From Clostridia bacterium (GTDB lineage Bacteria; Bacillota; Clostridia; Oscillospirales; SIG627): a stretch of 64,000 nt of DNA. The notes under the pieces are model-generated. The model saw only the letters and a list, made by a program, of their open reading frames with translations, was not told the origin of the DNA and did no database searches. The position numbers and the translations under genes are program-made. The stretch covers positions 6,294-70,293 of the forward strand of contig JAFWBD010000059.1 of NCBI GenBank assembly GCA_017507325.1. Direction: 5' to 3'. Within the stretch, counting starts at the first letter, position 1. Each line of letters starts with the position of its first letter. Shown piece by piece: positions 59,557 to 64,000 of this stretch.

Positions 59557-60676
59557 TTGTTTCAAGAAGCTCCACCCCACTTTCCGTCACACGGTAAAGA
59601 GACCGATAGCGAATCCTCTTCGGGATCTGCTTTTGAGCCGTAACGCTCTTATTCTGCAAAACAAAATCCTGAACCGCCCGTTCCACCGACTCGGAGGATA
59701 CGTCCTTGCTGTAGAGTAAAACGGCATCCAGATCAAAATTTTTCTTTTCAAAGAACATATCCTCCAGAAGGTCCAAATAGACCGCAAAGCCAACGGCCTT
59801 GGAGGCACTGCCCATTTTTTTCATCAGGCGGTCATACTGTCCGCCCGAAAGAACGGCGGTGGGAACCCCGCGGACAAAGCCCTTGAAAACGATTCCGTTG
59901 TAATAATCGATGTGATTGACAACGGAAAAATCGATCCGAACCATATCCGAAAAGCCCGCACGGGACAGAGAATCCAAAACGCCCTCCAAAAGCGCAAGCG
60001 AAGAAGAAAGCCCCTTCTTTTCCAAAAGGCTATGAACACGGGGCAAAACAAGCTTTGCCTCCCCGTAGAGCCCCGCAAGCTCAGCAAGAATGGCACCGTC
60101 CTCCTCGCTGACTCCGACCTTGCGGCAGATGCGCATCGTATCGTGAGGATTCTTTTCACCGATGGTCTTCAGTATCTCCTTTTTTTGATCGGAGGTAGCC
60201 TCCAGACCGTTTACCAAGTCGAAGACCAGGCCGAAATCGGAGAGGTCCAAAACGCTGTCGGGAGAAAGCAGGCGCAAGCTTTTGGCGGCCAGGATCAAAA
60301 CCTCGGAAAGGCAATAGGAATCCACGTCTCCGATGCATTCAATTCCCACCTGCATAATTTCCCGAAAGGAATGGGTTCCCGAGGAAACGCGGTAAACGTT
60401 CTCATCGTAATAGACCTTTTCCACTCCGCCTTCACCGACAGCGGCGTGCTTCACAATGGACAGGGTCACGTCCGGCTTCAGGGCAAGAAGCTTTCCATTG
60501 GTATCGGTAAAGGTGATGATGCTGTCGGAAATGAGGAAATCCTTATTTCGAACGTACAGATCATATTCCTCGAATTTACTCATTTTAAACTGAGAATAGC
60601 CGTGCTTCTGATATAAATCCCGAAGACGGTAAACGGCTTCCTCTTCTTTTCTCAAATCAATGCTTGAAATACTCAT
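59549..60676 (-). CDS. hisZ: ATP phosphoribosyltransferase regulatory subunit
   Basis: LKPDVTLSI, EIMQVGIE, YYNGIVF, GGQYD; precedes the short hisG. Confidence 0.93.
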   Translation of the reverse strand: MSISSIDLRKEEEAVYRLRDLYQKHGYSQFKMSKFEEYDLYVRNKDFLISDSIITFTDTNGKLLALKPDVTLSIVKHAAVGEGGVEKVYYDENVYRVSSGTHSFREIMQVGIECIGDVDSYCLSEVLILAAKSLRLLSPDSVLDLSDFGLVFDLVNGLEATSDQKKEILKTIGEKNPHDTMRICRKVGVSEEDGAILAELAGLYGEAKLVLPRVHSLLEKKGLSSSLALLEGVLDSLSRAGFSDMVRIDFSVVNHIDYYNGIVFKGFVRGVPTAVLSGGQYDRLMKKMGSASKAVGFAVYLDLLEDMFFEKKNFDLDAVLLYSKDVSSESVERAVQDFVLQNKSVTAQKQIPKRIRYRSLYRVTESGVELLETNA

Positions 60677-60969
60677 TGCTGTTCCGTATCCTCCAAAAGG
60701 TCGATGGCCGCCCGATAGCCGCCGTTCCCGTAAGAGAGGCACTTGTTCACACGGCTGATGGTGGCGGTGCTGGCACCGCAGATTCGATTGATTTCCTGAT
60801 AATTGGTTCCCTTTTTCAAAAGGATTGCAACCTCCAGTCGCTGAGACATATCCATAATCTCCCGTATGGTGCAAAGATCCTCCAAAAAGGCATAGCAGTC
60901 ATTTTTATCGGAAAGAGCGGATAAAACTTCCACCAAGCGATCGGTGGCCTTGTTTTGCCAATGATTCAT
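60673..60969 (-). CDS. yerC: YerC/YecD TrpR-like regulator (probable HisR)
   Basis: FLEDLCTIREI, QRLEVA, GASTATISRVNKCL.YG. Confidence 0.92.
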   Translation of the reverse strand: MNHWQNKATDRLVEVLSALSDKNDCYAFLEDLCTIREIMDMSQRLEVAILLKKGTNYQEINRICGASTATISRVNKCLSYGNGGYRAAIDLLEDTEQQ

Positions 60970-60996
60970 AGCAATCTCCCTTATTCGTAGTTTTGA

Positions 60997-61026
60997 CATT
61001 TTAACACGCTAAAGCAATAAAGTCAA
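60997..61026 (-). promoter_or_regulatory. his operon SigA promoter with overlapping HisR-type palindrome
   Basis: TTGACT-17 bp-TAAAAT; CTTTA-GCGTGT-TAAAA overlaps the spacer and -10. Confidence 0.75.
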
Positions 61027-61057
61027 TAGGGATCCTTGAACAATCTGTAAATTTCCC

Positions 61058-61089
61058 AAAAAATGCGGATCCCCTTGAGAGGATCCGCA
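61058..61089 (-). terminator. Terminator after the ligase fusion gene
   Basis: TGCGGATCC/GGATCCGCA stem followed by T6 on the minus strand. Confidence 0.85.
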
Positions 61090-61099
61090 CCGAACGAAA

Positions 61100-63607
61100 T
61101 TACTTCACCGCAATGCCGAGCTTTTGAACCGCTTCCTCGCGCATTTTGTATTTTAAGATCTTTCCTGCCGCGTTCATGGGGAAAGCATCCACAAAATCCA
61201 CATAGCGCGGAACCTTATGGCGCGCCATGCTGGCGGATACAAATTCCTTCAGTTCAGCTTCTGTCATATGTTCGCCGTCCTTCAGGATGATGCAAGCCAT
61301 AATCTCTTCTCCGTACTGCCGATCGGGAACGCCGATGACCTGAACGTCTCTGACCTTGGGGTTGGTATAGATAAATTCCTCAATTTCCTTGGGGTAAATA
61401 TTTTCACCGCCGCGGATGATCATATCCTTCAAGCGGCCCGTGATCAAATAATTGCCCTCGGGCGTTCTGCAGGCAAGATCTCCCGTATGAAGCCATCCCT
61501 CGCTGTCAATGGTGGAGGCGGTGGCATCGGGCATTTTATAATACCCCTTCATCAGATTATAGCCTCTGGCAACAAATTCGCCGTTGACACCGTCGGGACA
61601 GTCCTTTCCGGTTTCGGGATCCACGATCTTGCATTCCACGTTGGCAAAGGCACTTCCGACGGTTTCCGTGCTAACCTCAAGAGAATCGTAGTAGCTGCTC
61701 ATGGTACAGCCGGGGCTGGCCTCGGTCTGACCGTATACGGATACGATCTCCTTCATGTTCATCACAACCGTTGCCTTTTTCATCAGATCGGCGGGGCAGT
61801 TGGCACCTGCCATAATACCGGTACGAATATGGGAAAAATCGGTCTTTTCAAAGTCGGGGTGCTGCATCATGGCAATGAACATCGTCGGAACCCCGTTAAA
61901 GGTGGTGATATGCTCATTGTGAATACAAGACAGCGCAGGCTTAGGTGAAAAATAAGGAAGCGGGTACATAGTGGCACCGTGAGTCATAGCAGCGGTCATG
62001 GAAAGCACCATACCGAAGCAATGGAACATAGGAACCTGGATCATCATACGGTCGGCAGTGGAAAGATCCATATGGTCACCGATGTATTTTCCGTTGTTGA
62101 CCACGTTGTAGTGGGTCAGCATAACGCCCTTGGGGAAGCCCGTGGTTCCCGAGGTGTACTGCATATTGCAAACGTCATCCTTATTGACGGCGGCGGCCAT
62201 ACGGCGCACCTCCTCTGCGGGAATGCGCTGTGCATACTCCAAAGCCTCGCTCCAGGTATAACAGCCCTTCTGACGGAAGCCCACGGTAATAACGTTTCTC
62301 AAAAACGGCAGTCTTCTGGCGTGAAGGGTCTTCTCCTTTTTCAATTCGGCAAGCTCGGGACAAAGCTCGGCAATGATTTTGCCGTAATGCGTATCCTTGG
62401 CTCCCTCGGTCATTACCAAGGTATGGGTATCGGATTGACGCAACAGATATTCCACCTCGTGGATCTTATAGGCGGTATTGACCGTAACCAAAACGGCACC
62501 GATCTTAACGGTGGCCCAAAAGGCAATAAACCACTGGGGAACGTTAGAGGCCCAAACGGCCACGTGAGTTCCCGCTTTAACGCCCATGGCAATCAGCGAA
62601 CGGGCAAAGGTATCCACGTCATCGCGAAATTCGCTGTAGGTACGGGTATAATCCAGCGTGGTGTATTTAAATGCGTACTGATCGGGAAATTCCTCTACCA
62701 TACGGTCCAAAACGTCGGAGAAGGTAGCATCGATCAGCAGATCCTTCTTCCAAACGAATTTGCCGCTATGAGCGCGGTTATAATACAAAGCTCTTTCGTT
62801 ACGGGAGGTATCTCCGAACTGCCGCATAAATCCCACGAATTGAGAGAAGATGATCTCCATATCATCCAATTCGGGGCACCATTCGGGATTCCACACCAAG
62901 GAAACGAAGCCGTCGTAATTGACGGAGGAAAGCGCTCTCATCATCTCTCGAATGGGAAGACAGCCCTCCCCTGCCAAGCAATATTCAATGCCGTTTTCGG
63001 TTTTTCTGGCGTCATTGAACTGAACGTGGCGGATATAGGCACCGAGATTCTTGATGACGTCATCCGGAGATTGGCCACCGGTAAAATATTGAGCGGACAT
63101 CTGCCAAAGGGCGGCCAGATAATCGCTGGCAAAAAAGTCCAGAAGATCGCGCAGAACCTTGGTATCGGCAAAGGGACCCGTGGTCTCCACCAGCAAAGCG
63201 ACTCCTTCCTTTTCGGCCAAGGGAAGGACGTTTTCCATCAGTTTCCGCACGTTTTCCACCGCCGCTGCGCCGTCCTCACACTGATTGGCGCGCAAACGGA
63301 TGAAGGGAATATGGAGATTTGCGGCGATGGTCAAGCAGGAGCGGATCTCATCCACACACTTTTGAAATTCAGATGCAACGCCCACGTCCGAAACGGTATC
63401 GATACAAGGAATGCGCAGTTTTTTCTCATACAGCCTCCGCAGAGTGGAGGCGGCGGTATAATCGTGGAAGGCTCCTTCCTTATCGGTGAAGAGACGATTA
63501 TAGATGTTATGGAGCTCAATCCCCTGAAAATGGAGCTCCTCGGCAATATTGCAAAATTCCTCAAACGAATTGTTATGCCACCCCTTGGTGGAAAAAGAAA
63601 GCTTCAT
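61100..63607 (-). CDS. Fusion of a xylose isomerase-like TIM barrel and an AMP-dependent acyl-CoA synthetase
   Basis: N-terminal MKLSFST..GIEL..LLVET..GEG.LP; C-terminal QYTSGTTGFPKG, YGQTE, GWLHTGD, GRLKDMIIRGGEN, GKILK. Confidence 0.88.
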   Translation of the reverse strand: MKLSFSTKGWHNNSFEEFCNIAEELHFQGIELHNIYNRLFTDKEGAFHDYTAASTLRRLYEKKLRIPCIDTVSDVGVASEFQKCVDEIRSCLTIAANLHIPFIRLRANQCEDGAAAVENVRKLMENVLPLAEKEGVALLVETTGPFADTKVLRDLLDFFASDYLAALWQMSAQYFTGGQSPDDVIKNLGAYIRHVQFNDARKTENGIEYCLAGEGCLPIREMMRALSSVNYDGFVSLVWNPEWCPELDDMEIIFSQFVGFMRQFGDTSRNERALYYNRAHSGKFVWKKDLLIDATFSDVLDRMVEEFPDQYAFKYTTLDYTRTYSEFRDDVDTFARSLIAMGVKAGTHVAVWASNVPQWFIAFWATVKIGAVLVTVNTAYKIHEVEYLLRQSDTHTLVMTEGAKDTHYGKIIAELCPELAELKKEKTLHARRLPFLRNVITVGFRQKGCYTWSEALEYAQRIPAEEVRRMAAAVNKDDVCNMQYTSGTTGFPKGVMLTHYNVVNNGKYIGDHMDLSTADRMMIQVPMFHCFGMVLSMTAAMTHGATMYPLPYFSPKPALSCIHNEHITTFNGVPTMFIAMMQHPDFEKTDFSHIRTGIMAGANCPADLMKKATVVMNMKEIVSVYGQTEASPGCTMSSYYDSLEVSTETVGSAFANVECKIVDPETGKDCPDGVNGEFVARGYNLMKGYYKMPDATASTIDSEGWLHTGDLACRTPEGNYLITGRLKDMIIRGGENIYPKEIEEFIYTNPKVRDVQVIGVPDRQYGEEIMACIILKDGEHMTEAELKEFVSASMARHKVPRYVDFVDAFPMNAAGKILKYKMREEAVQKLGIAVK

Positions 63608-63609
63608 TC

Positions 63610-64000
63610 TTAGGCCTCCTCATAGATAATCTTATTCACGGCACTCAAATAGGCGCGAATGCTGGCTCCGATGATATCGGTGGAGATTCCGTTTCCGGAA
63701 TACAGTTTTCCTCCCGCTCTGAGCTTCACCAAGGCGGAGCCCATAGCTTCCTTTCCCTCAGTAACGGACTGGATCTGGAAATCATCCAGCTCATAGTGAT
63801 GACCGACAATCTGATCGATGGCACGGAAGGCGGCATCTACGGGGCCGTCGCCGATGCAGACCCCTTGCAGAAGATTTTCACCCTGATAAAGCGAGATCTG
63901 CGCACTGGCACTGATGATGTTGCCGTTATTGACAACGTAGCTTTCCAAGCGGTAGGTTGCGGGAACCTGCAGGGCTGCACTGGCCACGATGGCATCCAGT
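63610..64000 (-). CDS. C-terminal allosteric domain of a 2-isopropylmalate synthase-like protein (partial)
   Basis: GDGPVDAAF, QSVTEGKEAMG, GISTDIIGASIRAYLSAVNK; frame open to the window edge. Confidence 0.85.
   Translation of the reverse strand, partial: LDAIVASAALQVPATYRLESYVVNNGNIISASAQISLYQGENLLQGVCIGDGPVDAAFRAIDQIVGHHYELDDFQIQSVTEGKEAMGSALVKLRAGGKLYSGNGISTDIIGASIRAYLSAVNKIIYEEA

Noticed and set aside
61979-63613. 544-aa plus-strand ORF
   Set aside because: Antisense shadow of the ligase fusion gene
1-64000. CRISPR arrays, tRNA/rRNA, riboswitches, IS or prophage genes, retroelements
   Set aside because: No spaced repeats, no transposase/integrase/RT motifs and no recognisable structured RNA leaders; intergenic regions are short

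Overview
Chromosomal segment of a spore-forming anaerobic Firmicute (Clostridia-like; ~50% GC by eye), mostly core genes. It contains two tandem solute-binding lipoprotein paralogs, malQ (interrupted by an in-frame TAA), a VTC/DUF4956 pair, an antitoxin-less mazF/ndoA, spoIVA, the full spoIIIAA-AH operon, rsmA, yhbY, darA-holB-murA-ricT, cysK, a ZIP-fprA-rubredoxin operon with a Fur-like box, argH-C-J-B-D-F-metY-metA-sortase B, and a yerC(hisR)-led his operon in which hisC and hisD are each frameshifted. No rRNA, tRNA, CRISPR array or mobile element was recognised. The best candidates for undescribed biology are: (1) a compact HPr-kinase-like + PqqD/RRE + S26 peptidase cassette with no visible precursor or cyclase, coupled to a secreted, C-terminally anchored protein; (2) a 791-aa protein built from two tandem NlpC/P60-like Cys-His domains with no signal peptide; (3) an acyl-CoA ligase fused to a TIM barrel that has lost most metal ligands, next to a LeuA-like gene; (4) an atypical glycyl-radical-activase-like radical SAM protein and an orphan MazF beside spoIVA. 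All family calls come from motif recognition by eye; no database searches were run.
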